DNA of 64,000 bases. It comes from an uncultured cyanobacterium. GTDB lineage: Bacteria; Cyanobacteriota; Cyanobacteriia; Cyanobacteriales; Nostocaceae. The notes below the pieces were generated by a model, which was not told where the DNA came from, made no database searches, and saw nothing but the letters and a program-made list of their open reading frames with translations. The position numbers and the translations under genes are program-made. The stretch is taken from positions 4,544,001-4,608,000 of the forward strand of contig OY970166.1 in assembly GCA_963706595.1 (NCBI GenBank), written 5' to 3'. Of the stretch, positions 31,382-40,085 are shown piece after piece; positions within the stretch are counted from its first letter, which is position 1; each line of letters opens with the position of its first letter.

Positions 31382-31701
31382 GGTAAAACCTTTTTAATTA
31401 TTAAGCTGGTTCTTGCCAGGTAAAAATTAGGGAAGAATTGCAGCTTAAATTTACCCGGCTGGGGAAAATCAAAGAACTGGTCGCCAAACCTCAAAATTTG
31501 AGAATTGGCAACCGGCTTATTTGGTAAGTCCCACAAAATTTGCTCAATCCTGCCAGCACTTTTGTAATTTCTGGTAGGTCGAGCCTTGAGAACAACAATT
31601 AATTTGCTCTCATCTTCAGTAAATAAATATGGAATGAGTACAGAATTTAATGGTTTTAAATCAAATCGATACTCATTACCAAACACGAACTGAGTTTCCA
31701 T
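31378..31701 (-). CDS. Hypothetical protein of the element
   Basis: 107 aa; abuts both neighbours in a compact operon. Confidence 0.75.
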   Translation of the reverse strand: METQFVFGNEYRFDLKPLNSVLIPYLFTEDESKLIVVLKARPTRNYKSAGRIEQILWDLPNKPVANSQILRFGDQFFDFPQPGKFKLQFFPNFYLARTSLIIKKVLP

Positions 31702-32118
31702 TTACTTTTTAGCAAGTGAATAAGTTCTACCATGCGGCGAGACGAAACTAGTAGGCTTTTTACTTGCGTTTCCCAAGAATTTCTTAATACTACTAATGGT
31801 AGCGCTGGCAGGAACGGGGACACTTAAGTATTTAACTGCCGTTCCCTTTTTGCTAGCTGCCGATGAATTAGTTCCAGGTAAAGGAACTTTAATGCGTTTA
31901 GCGCCAACGCTCCCTCGAACAGCAATCGTTGACTGTTTTTTTGAGCCTTTAGCTGCCTTTCTAGTAACAGTTGCGTCAGGGACGATTTTAAAGCCCAGTT
32001 TTTCAGCTACAGACCGCAGCATATAAACGTATACCGATTTCGCCCCTTGCCCTCGTCCTTGTCCGGATTCAAATAAAACCGTTGCTCGTGGTCCAATCTT
32101 TTTTCGTTGTGTTGCCAT
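31702..32118 (-). CDS. Highly basic (Lys/Arg-rich) protein, possibly DNA-binding
   Basis: 138 aa, rich in K/R/S/A; GGAG RBS upstream. Confidence 0.75.
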   Translation of the reverse strand: MATQRKKIGPRATVLFESGQGRGQGAKSVYVYMLRSVAEKLGFKIVPDATVTRKAAKGSKKQSTIAVRGSVGAKRIKVPLPGTNSSAASKKGTAVKYLSVPVPASATISSIKKFLGNASKKPTSFVSPHGRTYSLAKK

Positions 32119-32147
32119 TCAATTGCTCCAATGCTTAGTAATGGTTT

Positions 32148-33167
32148 TTAGAGATAATCAATTGCGATGATCACAACGTCACCATTGCCGGCGGCTTCAG
32201 AGGTAAAAGGAATATTTGCGCTGATAGTGGCGACTCCAGCTTCCAGGTCGAATTGGACCTGAACGTTGTCCGGCTGGGAATCAGTGGGAACCACAAGTTT
32301 TTCACTAGCAGCCAACAAAGTAGAAATTTCAATGAAGGCTTCCATGATAGTACTAGACTTTAGATCACCGCCGCCATTGACAAAACCAGAATAAGTAGAA
32401 CCCAAGTAATCTTGTGCAACAATTTTGGTAGAACCATCTGTTTGTGCAGTTGCAATAATAGGAATTGTTGCTGCAACTGAAATAGTTCCAGTGTCGAACG
32501 AAACGGTGGTAGCTAGGTTTCTTCGTGGGGTTAGTCCTGGGTTAGCTCCATTCCGAGCTTGTTCTGCCGCATCCATAGCCCTGGCCACTTCAAAGAATGC
32601 CGATGGAATTTGTGTAGCGTTTAAAGTTCCCGCAGTTCCTGGGTCAAATGTACTCATTCGTTCCTCGCTGTAAAAAATGTAGTAACCGTATTTGTAATCA
32701 GTTGTAGCCCGGAATTGTCCCAAATTGGCGGGGACAAACCAATCTAGATTCTTTGGGCTTAAGGTCGAAGAACCCACCGCAGTTAAAGAGACTGAACCGG
32801 GAATAAATAACTTATTCTGCCGAAATACTAAATTAAATGCGGATTTCGAGAAAAAATCTTGAATTGGTGGTGGTACATTATCAATTACTTCCTGCCAGTC
32901 AATGCTTGCAGTTTTTCCATTGGGGAATGTAATCGATGGGGCAGACTGGCTTTTGTTAGAACTTTTAGTTTTGACTATAGGAGTCTTAGGGAGTAAAATA
33001 TACCAATTTCGTTTCCATTTGTAAGCTATAGCTATCCCTTTCTTTAGCAGTCTCTTGAATAGCTTTAATAAATAAGTGTCTGCAAAATTGGTTATTTTAG
33101 CGAGGTCAGATAATTTAATTGCTAAATGCCCATTGATAACATAAATTTCAAATAGTTCTACCCTCAT
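32148..33167 (-). CDS. Element protein: basic N-terminal part in frame with an internally duplicated, structural-protein-like C-terminal domain (internal start at about 32657)
   Basis: 339-aa ORF; GAGG RBS precedes internal MSTFDPG; two repeats each ending in DYL. Confidence 0.7.
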   Translation of the reverse strand: MRVELFEIYVINGHLAIKLSDLAKITNFADTYLLKLFKRLLKKGIAIAYKWKRNWYILLPKTPIVKTKSSNKSQSAPSITFPNGKTASIDWQEVIDNVPPPIQDFFSKSAFNLVFRQNKLFIPGSVSLTAVGSSTLSPKNLDWFVPANLGQFRATTDYKYGYYIFYSEERMSTFDPGTAGTLNATQIPSAFFEVARAMDAAEQARNGANPGLTPRRNLATTVSFDTGTISVAATIPIIATAQTDGSTKIVAQDYLGSTYSGFVNGGGDLKSSTIMEAFIEISTLLAASEKLVVPTDSQPDNVQVQFDLEAGVATISANIPFTSEAAGNGDVVIIAIDYL

Positions 33168-35920
33168 GATTTCTTTTTATCTTTATCTCTCAAAGACAAA
33201 CTCCAAGTAGGCATATTATCTTTCTGCCCAGTTTTGAAGAAATGCACTCTAACCGGAACTACACGAACTTGTTTGTAGACTCCAGGGCGTTCGCCAATCT
33301 TGGGCGGTTGAATGTCTTTTAGGTATTTAGGGGCAATGTATGCTTTGAAAGCATTAATTACCCTCGTACATTCCGTCTTACTTTTCGCATTGATAATTAC
33401 TTTTGAATTATCATTAAGAACCAGAATTCCTTCAAAGTTTCCTTTTTCATATTGAGGAAATTTAGGCTTGAAATCCTTTCCTTTATTGTAGTGAGGAATT
33501 GTTATAGCCCATCGACTGCGACCAATTTTACCATCTTCAAAAACCTCAGCGTATTGAATGACTAACTGCGGACGCTGAAAAACTCGCACTTGCCACCACT
33601 CAGGAGTCACTAAATAGGAATCTTCATTATTTTTAGCTTCACATAATTTTGTGTTAGCCTTAGCCATCTCGGCATAAGAATTGCGAACTTTATTTATTTC
33701 ATTTCCTGTGGAGGTTGCCAAAACTTTGATTGTTATTTCCTTAGTTTCAGGTGTCCATACACCATCGCTTTCAGTACAAAGAATAGTATCAACTTTTATC
33801 TCTACCCAAGAAATATTAGAGGTGCATCGCTGTACTTGAGTACTAGTTTGATTCACAACATTAGTCAAACTATTGACTTGGTTATTAGTTGCATTGGTAA
33901 CGTTGGTCAGATTAGTGACTTGGTTATTAGTTGCATTGGTAACGTTGGTCAGATTAGTGACTTGGTTATTAGTTGCATTGGTAACGTTGGTCAGATTAGT
34001 GACTTGGTTATTAGTTGCATTGGTAACGTTGGTCAGATTAGTGACTTGGTTATTAGTTGCATTGGTAACGTTGGTCAGATTAGTGACTTGGTTATTCGTT
34101 GCGTTGGTAACGTTGGTCAGATTAGTGACTTGGTTATTAGTTGCATTGGTAACGTTGGTCAGATTAGTGACTTGGTTATTCGTTGCGTTGGTAACATTGG
34201 TCAAGTTGCTGACTTGGTTATTAGTTGCGTTGGTAACATTGGTCAAGTTGGTGACTTGAGTACCAAGTTTTGTAATATTTTGATTTGCATTATTAACTAT
34301 ATTTCCAGTATTTATAACTGTTGGTCTGAGAGCGGTGACAGCACTAGCAGTAGCCAATGAAGTAGTATTTAGTGCCACAGCCTGACCTTGTAAAGCTGCT
34401 ACTTGTCCCTGTAAAGCTGCTACTTGTCCTTGCAAAGCAAATACTTGAGTTGTGACAGGAACGATGGCCGCAGTTTGCGCAACCGTAGCTAGTGGCGATG
34501 CCTGATACCACATATTTAAGCCTTCAGGAAAGCATTTACCATTTGTCATTTCCTGGCATAATGCTTCCTGCATTGCGCTAGGCAATGCGTCTGTTTTTAG
34601 CCGAATATTATTGCTCAATACCTCTACGTTGGTTATTTTTGATTGCAAAACACCCAAAGCACCAAATATACCAGCTAATTCTGCCATATTAAATTTGCCA
34701 TCCTTACCACGCTGACCAGTCAAACCACGCTGACCAGTCAAACCACGTTCTCCAGTCAAACCACGCTGACCAGTCAAACCACGTTCTCCAGTCAAACCAC
34801 GCTGACCAGTCAAACCACGCTGACCAGTCAAACCACGCTGACCAGTCAAACCACGCTGACCAGTCAAACCACGTTCTCCAGTCAAACCACGCTGACCAGT
34901 CAAACCACGCTGACCAGTCAAACCACGTTCTCCAGTCAAACCACGCTGACCAGTCAAACCACGCTGACCAGTCAAACCACGCTGACCAGTCAAACCACGT
35001 TCTCCAGTCAAACCACGCTGACCAGTCAAACCACGTTCTCCAGTCAAACCACGCTGACCAGTCAAACCACGCTGACCAGTCAAACCACGCTGACCAGTCA
35101 AACCACGCTGACCAGTCAAACCACGTTCTCCAGTCAAACCACGCTGACCAGTCAAACCACGCTGACCAGTCAAACCACGTTCTCCAGTCAAACCACGCTG
35201 ACCAGTCAAACCACGCTGACCAGTCAAACCACGCTGACCAGTCAAACCACGTTCTCCAGTCAAACCACGCTGACCAGTCAAACCACGCTGACCAGTCAAA
35301 CCACGTTCTCCAGTCAAACCACGCTGACCAGTCAAACCACGCTGACCAGTCAAACCACGCTGACCAGTCAAACCACGCTGACCAGTCAAACCACGCTGAC
35401 CAGTCAAACCACGCTGACCAGTCAAACCACGTTCCCCCTGAAGTCCTCGCGGTCCGGGGATAGCTTTTGCTCTTAGTGCCGATTCAGCCGTAGCTAATGC
35501 TTGATTGGCAGTATTTTTAATGGGTAAAAGTAATCCCAGCACGCGAGAAATATCAGCCCCAAGCGCTGATAAACCACGCTCTACAGCATCAATTCTCGCC
35601 CCTAGTACTTGCAGTGCTGCAATTGATGCCAAGATTCCCGTAATAGTAAATGCTAATGCGGCGACCTTAGTCGCGGCGGCGGCGGCGGCGGCGGCGGCTC
35701 CCTTGGCGATTGCTTCTATAGCGAGAAATTTTATTGCCAGCCCTGCGATCGCAGCTGCTATTAATTGCTCGGTACGAGGCATGATTAGAGCCTCAGCCCC
35801 GGCTATGGAAGATTGGATAATTTGAGGTTTTTCACTCTTCAGAACATACTTTCCATCCAGGGCGGCGATCGCCGCACTCAAAGCAGCAATTTCGCCCGAT
35901 ATTTCGTTACAAGAACTCAC
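33164..35920 (-). CDS. Collagen-like / coiled-coil fibre protein (spike or tail-fibre-like)
   Basis: Ala-rich hydrophobic N-terminus, 40 x GLTG(Q/E)R, ALQGQVA repeats, about 9 x NQVTNLTNVTNATN, globular basic C-domain. Confidence 0.85.
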   Translation of the reverse strand: MSSCNEISGEIAALSAAIAALDGKYVLKSEKPQIIQSSIAGAEALIMPRTEQLIAAAIAGLAIKFLAIEAIAKGAAAAAAAAATKVAALAFTITGILASIAALQVLGARIDAVERGLSALGADISRVLGLLLPIKNTANQALATAESALRAKAIPGPRGLQGERGLTGQRGLTGQRGLTGQRGLTGQRGLTGQRGLTGQRGLTGERGLTGQRGLTGQRGLTGERGLTGQRGLTGQRGLTGQRGLTGERGLTGQRGLTGQRGLTGERGLTGQRGLTGQRGLTGQRGLTGQRGLTGERGLTGQRGLTGERGLTGQRGLTGQRGLTGQRGLTGERGLTGQRGLTGQRGLTGERGLTGQRGLTGQRGLTGQRGLTGQRGLTGERGLTGQRGLTGERGLTGQRGLTGQRGKDGKFNMAELAGIFGALGVLQSKITNVEVLSNNIRLKTDALPSAMQEALCQEMTNGKCFPEGLNMWYQASPLATVAQTAAIVPVTTQVFALQGQVAALQGQVAALQGQAVALNTTSLATASAVTALRPTVINTGNIVNNANQNITKLGTQVTNLTNVTNATNNQVSNLTNVTNATNNQVTNLTNVTNATNNQVTNLTNVTNATNNQVTNLTNVTNATNNQVTNLTNVTNATNNQVTNLTNVTNATNNQVTNLTNVTNATNNQVTNLTNVTNATNNQVNSLTNVVNQTSTQVQRCTSNISWVEIKVDTILCTESDGVWTPETKEITIKVLATSTGNEINKVRNSYAEMAKANTKLCEAKNNEDSYLVTPEWWQVRVFQRPQLVIQYAEVFEDGKIGRSRWAITIPHYNKGKDFKPKFPQYEKGNFEGILVLNDNSKVIINAKSKTECTRVINAFKAYIAPKYLKDIQPPKIGERPGVYKQVRVVPVRVHFFKTGQKDNMPTWSLSLRDKDKKKS
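33875..34260. repeat. 42-bp coding tandem repeat, about 9 copies
   Basis: GACTTGGTTATTAGTTGCATTGGTAACGTTGGTCAGATTAGT unit, encoding a 14-aa double heptad. Confidence 0.95.
34709..35428. repeat. 18-bp coding tandem repeat, 40 copies (collagen Gly-X-Y)
   Basis: ACGCTGACCAGTCAAACC / ACGTTCTCCAGTCAAACC units; 720 bp. Confidence 0.97.
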
Positions 35921-36277
35921 TCATTTAATCCCCGCGATTTGTGCGCGCAATGCCGACAATTCATTGAAAATACGCTTGCAATCCAAGCAGCAATCGCCGC
36001 AGTCCAGGTTATTAGGCGGGCAAGGCGATTCACACTCTGTACAGCTACCAGAGGTATTTCCGGATATTGGAGCGCTAGTTCTTGCTTCGGATAAGCTCTG
36101 AGTACCGCTCCGATAGTAATACCAATGAGCCACTTGCCGGACTCCATCTACTATCAGATGGTATCCCAGTCCATTGAAGGAGTAAGATGCGGCATATCCA
36201 CAAGCAAAATGCTCGTAATAAGCATCATTATTGACACCTTGTCCTGAAAATCGCCAGCATTTCTTAGCCGCCGCCAT
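35921..36277 (-). CDS. Cys-rich hypothetical protein of the element
   Basis: CTECESPCPPNNLDCGDCCLDC followed by a short coiled coil; translationally coupled to both neighbours. Confidence 0.72.
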   Translation of the reverse strand: MAAAKKCWRFSGQGVNNDAYYEHFACGYAASYSFNGLGYHLIVDGVRQVAHWYYYRSGTQSLSEARTSAPISGNTSGSCTECESPCPPNNLDCGDCCLDCKRIFNELSALRAQIAGIK

Positions 36278-36630
36278 TAGTAATCATTCGGATCGCGAAC
36301 GTTGTCCGTGGATGGTTTCCACAAGTTAATCGTTATGGGGTCGTTTCTGTATTCAATTGCGGGTTCACCCCGTTGGGTGATATTTGAAAATCCATCTTCA
36401 AGCACAATTGACTGCTCAAGATTAGTCTCAAAGTTAGCTGGTGATAAATAAGCTTTAGCACCCAAAACAATACTGACTAAATGTCCTTCAGCTGTTGCCG
36501 TTTCTGGAGTCGTCAACCCAGATGCCACTAACGCACTATCGGGAATGAATAACCCTGCCTCTGGTGCTGGGTGTGTCACCGCTAAACGTACTGCCCCAAT
36601 GCCAAAAATTTGAGGGATGGTTGGTTCCAT
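36277..36630 (-). CDS. Hypothetical protein, first gene of the leftward structural-type operon
   Basis: 117 aa; stop overlaps the next start (TAATG). Confidence 0.75.
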   Translation of the reverse strand: MEPTIPQIFGIGAVRLAVTHPAPEAGLFIPDSALVASGLTTPETATAEGHLVSIVLGAKAYLSPANFETNLEQSIVLEDGFSNITQRGEPAIEYRNDPITINLWKPSTDNVRDPNDY

Positions 36631-36671
36631 GAATCTTTATCAATATTGTTAATACATAATTAATAATTCAA

Positions 36672-36755
36672 TACATCAATGATGTAAACTTCCACTTTTA
36701 TGTAAAACTGGAACAATTATTAATACGCTCAAACTATTGGCACTACTGGGTTTGA
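36672..36755. promoter_or_regulatory. Cluster of inverted repeats upstream of the tyrosine recombinase (candidate res/operator site)
   Basis: TACATCA-a-TGATGTA (36672-36686); TTCCACTTTTA-tg-TAAAACTGGAA (36690-36713); TCAAAC...GTTTGA. Confidence 0.5.
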
Positions 36756-36831
36756 TGGCTACACTAATGATATCTGAAATATCAAATATTCCAGATTAAC
36801 CAATTAGGATGGTTAAAGATGAAGTGATTTT

Positions 36832-37413
36832 ATGAAAAACAACAGGCATGGACAAGCTGAAATTTTAACTAATTCGGAATTTTATAAAATTCGCCAACAC
36901 ATTAAAAGTAAAAAATATAAATTACTTCTTGACCTGGCGTGGTACACGGGGGAGAGGTGGGGCGCAATTACAAAATTAAAAGTTGAAGATGTCTATAATT
37001 CTGATGGTAGCCCTAGATGTGAGATTACTTTTCGTGCTGCCACACGCAAAGCCGCGCCAGACGGAGTAAGAAAAACTAGACAGTTACCAGTTCATACTGT
37101 TCTGGAAGAGTCGTTATTATCCTACAAGCCGGAATTTAACTCTGTTTGGTTGTTCCCGTGTCGGGATGGGTTGAAGCCGATTAGCTTCAAATGGGCAGAT
37201 TTGATTTTTCGCACTGCCGTAGAAAATGCTGGACTAGCCACCAAGGGGATTAGTACCCATAGCACCCGCCGGACTTTCATTACCAAACTGCACAGGCAAG
37301 GCACAGATTTGTACACAATAAAGAAAATTACAGGACACCAAGATTTTAAATCACTAGAAAAATACGTAGAAATTGATTGCGATCGCGTCAAAGGCGCTAT
37401 CAACACATTGTGA
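36832..37413 (+). CDS. Short tyrosine recombinase (catalytic domain only, resolvase-like)
   Basis: TGER, HSTRRT, TGHQ, KY: the R-H-R-H-Y residues are present; 193 aa. Confidence 0.92.
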   Translation: MKNNRHGQAEILTNSEFYKIRQHIKSKKYKLLLDLAWYTGERWGAITKLKVEDVYNSDGSPRCEITFRAATRKAAPDGVRKTRQLPVHTVLEESLLSYKPEFNSVWLFPCRDGLKPISFKWADLIFRTAVENAGLATKGISTHSTRRTFITKLHRQGTDLYTIKKITGHQDFKSLEKYVEIDCDRVKGAINTL

Positions 37414-37495
37414 TATATTTGTACTAGTAAACTGGCTGATAAGATGCACCCCTGAATGAGGAAATATGGTCTAGCGCGTAGACCATACCTTTTTT

Positions 37496-38365
37496 TCAAA
37501 GCTTGTAACCATTCATGCCAAAACCACCGCGAATGAAGTTTTTAATTTCACTCGGCGATTTACCCTGCGCAATCGCACTCTCAACCATCTGCTTTCTATC
37601 AATGGCCATCGGATTTTCATAATTTCCCCCAGGAATATGGATGTGATGAATCCCACGCACATAGTAGCAATACCGGAAATACCAGTGCTTTACACCTGAA
37701 CGCTTAACATAATATTCCTCAACCCATTGGTTATTACGTTGTTCTGGAAGAGTAGGAGTGTGCGGTTGTAAATCTTGTTCTGGAAGTTCTGGAAAAGGAA
37801 GAGTGAGTTCTATAAAATCACCATCGTTAAAGTCTGACTCTTCCAGAACATCGTCCAAAGCACGGGACATCATTTCATCCCGGTCAGGTGGCGGAACTCT
37901 CTCACCTGGGTAAGTTTCATTTATGAACTCAATCGCGTCAAGTTCAGCATCCAAATGGGTGTTGTAGTTGCCCTGGAAAGTTCCACAGAGCAGGTAGTCA
38001 TCGTAGACAGTCCATTGAATTTGGTTGTTAGGTAATTTAAAAAACTTGCAAGTATAACCACGGTAATTCTTCTGCCACCGATGCTTTTCATCAGATGTCG
38101 TAGTGTCTACATTAGGTTCTTCCAGAACACTGAATCCTTCTGGCATCGGAAACCGTGACTGCCAATCACTAAACCGCAATTCAAACTCTGCAAGTGAATC
38201 ACAATCGTCTGGCTCTGGTGGTTCTTGGGAATCGTCGTAAAAAAGTGTGAGTTGACCGTTCTCATCTCTTCCAGAAAACTCAGCGTCTAGTATTACTTCA
38301 TCCCAAAAAGGATCATGAACAGTCTTGACGGTGGTGTACTGCTCAACGTCGAATAATAGTGTCAT
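37496..38365 (-). CDS. Hypothetical acidic protein of the element
   Basis: 289 aa; GQLTLF motif; C-terminal WYFRYCY...HIHIPGGN domain. Confidence 0.75.
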   Translation of the reverse strand: MTLLFDVEQYTTVKTVHDPFWDEVILDAEFSGRDENGQLTLFYDDSQEPPEPDDCDSLAEFELRFSDWQSRFPMPEGFSVLEEPNVDTTTSDEKHRWQKNYRGYTCKFFKLPNNQIQWTVYDDYLLCGTFQGNYNTHLDAELDAIEFINETYPGERVPPPDRDEMMSRALDDVLEESDFNDGDFIELTLPFPELPEQDLQPHTPTLPEQRNNQWVEEYYVKRSGVKHWYFRYCYYVRGIHHIHIPGGNYENPMAIDRKQMVESAIAQGKSPSEIKNFIRGGFGMNGYKL

Positions 38366-38368
38366 TGG

Positions 38369-39256
38369 TTATTGGTTATTGGTTATCAGTCGTTGGGGAT
38401 ATCGCTGCATCATTTCTTTGAGGTCGTGGGGATTACCGTCATTGTCATACACCGTCACCCCTCCTGAAATAGCACTGACAATTCCTTGTTGCCTCGCCCA
38501 ATTGAACCAGATGCTCAATTCAGAAGTCACTGTGTTCTTAGGCTTCTCCCCAGTTTTGCAGCTGTTGATGAATAAGCCTGTGGGATTGCTGCACCACCCT
38601 TCATTAACTGCTTCTTTTACACGAGCTACAGCACTGGCGACATTGCCCCAGTATTTCTTGATTACACCCAAGCAAGGTTCTGGGTTAATCCTCAGTGTTC
38701 TTAATTCAATGCAAACCTGCCCAACTTCAGCTTTAGTAGGCGCTGCGGGTGCAATTACCTCATGCTCTTGTTCAATTTCTTGTTCATGATCATCAATGAA
38801 AGTTTCCTCAACAGCAGTGTTGTTTTCTTTTAAACTACTTAAGTTAGTTTTATATGTTGCGACATTTCCAGCAGGTACTTGTGGAATAATTGGCACGTCT
38901 GTGTGAAATATTTCGCATCGTTGAGAATCTACATCTGGCGCGATTCTTTCAAGATTCAACCTGTACTGACTGGCAGTATCTTTGGGAAAGCAGTGTGACG
39001 GCTGCTCATCCAAAATCCCATCAAAGACCAATTCTTTGATGTGCCGGCTGATGGTTGCCCGGCAGTAACCCAGGATGTCCGCTAGGTCTTCAAAGGTAAC
39101 TCTCACCCATTCGTGCTTGTAGTAAAGTTTGCCGTCAAACCAGGACAAGATAGCCGCCTTGCACTTCTGGCGACGGTTGAATGTGGCTAAAAATTCTCTG
39201 AGAATGTTGATAGGGGTATTAATTTCGCCAAAGGTGGCGGAGGTAAAGTTTGTCAC
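38369..39256 (-). CDS. Putative replication initiator with a winged HTH
   Basis: TFEDLADILGYCRATISRHIKELV..GIL HTH; C-terminal NPTGLFINSCK motif typical of phage/plasmid Rep C-termini; GGAGG RBS before the GTG. Confidence 0.65.
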   Translation of the reverse strand: MTNFTSATFGEINTPINILREFLATFNRRQKCKAAILSWFDGKLYYKHEWVRVTFEDLADILGYCRATISRHIKELVFDGILDEQPSHCFPKDTASQYRLNLERIAPDVDSQRCEIFHTDVPIIPQVPAGNVATYKTNLSSLKENNTAVEETFIDDHEQEIEQEHEVIAPAAPTKAEVGQVCIELRTLRINPEPCLGVIKKYWGNVASAVARVKEAVNEGWCSNPTGLFINSCKTGEKPKNTVTSELSIWFNWARQQGIVSAISGGVTVYDNDGNPHDLKEMMQRYPQRLITNNQ

Positions 39257-39324
39257 TGCTAATACCTCCGTGCTAATTGAGTCGAAAATGTGGGAATACT
39301 CATGAGGTAGCTACTGGAGTTGAG

Positions 39325-39594
39325 ATGGGTGATAAATTTGGTTTAAGCCCCAGTGATGTTGTGTCTATGGATGAAGACAAAAGCATTGTTGGAAGCACGT
39401 TTAAAGTCAAGGAAATGCTTCTTAGCCTAGCCGATAGGTCAATCAACGATGACTTTATTACTCAGTGGATAGGGACAGGAGTAGAGTGTGAGGTTTTGAT
39501 CAGTGGGCAGGACTGGCGGAAGGGCAAAGTGAGAATTTCTCTGGAGTTCATTCCTGACCAGCCACTGTCACCACTTGATGATCTGCGGGAATAA
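39325..39594 (+). CDS. KGK domain protein
   Basis: GVECEVL...WRKGKVRISLEF.PD..SPLDDLR. Confidence 0.88.
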   Translation: MGDKFGLSPSDVVSMDEDKSIVGSTFKVKEMLLSLADRSINDDFITQWIGTGVECEVLISGQDWRKGKVRISLEFIPDQPLSPLDDLRE

Positions 39595-39646
39595 CTGAAA
39601 TAGTCACCACGAAAAAACCGTCCTGACCTGTGGTAGGTGGACGGTT

Positions 39647-39979
39647 CTATTCAGAATCTTGAATTTCGGAAATCTGCTTTAACTCTTCAATTCTTTGTCT
39701 CAGAAGGCTTGCTTGTTGTTCATGATATGCCAGCTGTTTGTCAGCCTCACAAATTAGCTGGCTGAGAAGTTTCCCAGCGATTCCTTCAACCGACTCCCCT
39801 CTGAGGACAGATATATCTGACTTGTGGCTATCTTCTCCACAAGCTCTGATCTGGTAAGTCCCATGCTCTGTGCTAACTCCTGAAAAAGTTCCCAAGCATC
39901 GGGATTCACTTTTAAGCTTACCCCCTTGGTTTCCCGTCCTTTGGGCCGTCCCGTTCTCGCCATAGTAATTGTCCTGCAT
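39647..39979 (-). CDS. Possible overlapping coiled-coil ORF
   Basis: 110-aa ORF with C-terminal coiled coil, overlapping the RHH gene in another frame; start uncertain. Confidence 0.4.
   Translation of the reverse strand: MQDNYYGENGTAQRTGNQGGKLKSESRCLGTFSGVSTEHGTYQIRACGEDSHKSDISVLRGESVEGIAGKLLSQLICEADKQLAYHEQQASLLRQRIEELKQISEIQDSE
39754..39963 (-). CDS. Ribbon-helix-helix (CopG-like) repressor
   Basis: KGVSLKV..DAWELFQELAQSMGLTRSELVEKIA; AGGA RBS. Confidence 0.8.
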   Translation of the reverse strand: MARTGRPKGRETKGVSLKVNPDAWELFQELAQSMGLTRSELVEKIATSQIYLSSEGSRLKESLGNFSAS

Positions 39980-39997
39980 AATATTCTGCTTTTAATT

Positions 39998-40085
39998 ATT
40001 GCATATCCAAAAATCCATTAATTAATATTGACACAGGATATCTGGATATGCAATAGTAAGATTGTTGGATTTTTGGATATCCAAT
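39998..40085. promoter_or_regulatory. Divergent promoter region with operator repeats
   Basis: 20-bp inverted repeat with 19/20 match: ATTGCATATCCAAAAATCCA (39998-40017) / TGGATTTTTGGATATCCAAT (40066-40085); third half-site 40043-40055; TTGACA at 40028. Confidence 0.75.

Noticed and set aside
33836..34360. Plus-strand ORFs 33836-34360 and 33873-34259
   Set aside because: They are shadow frames of the 42-bp coding repeat on the opposite strand.
33875..35428. CRISPR array
   Set aside because: The repeats are contiguous with no unique spacers, have unit lengths divisible by three, and lie in frame within one gene; no cas genes are present.
36832..37413. Tyrosine integrase defining the element ends, or a heterocyst excision (xis-type) element
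   Set aside because: The enzyme is short and mid-element, no interrupted host gene or tRNA att repeat is visible, and the ends are explained by the IS110 guides.
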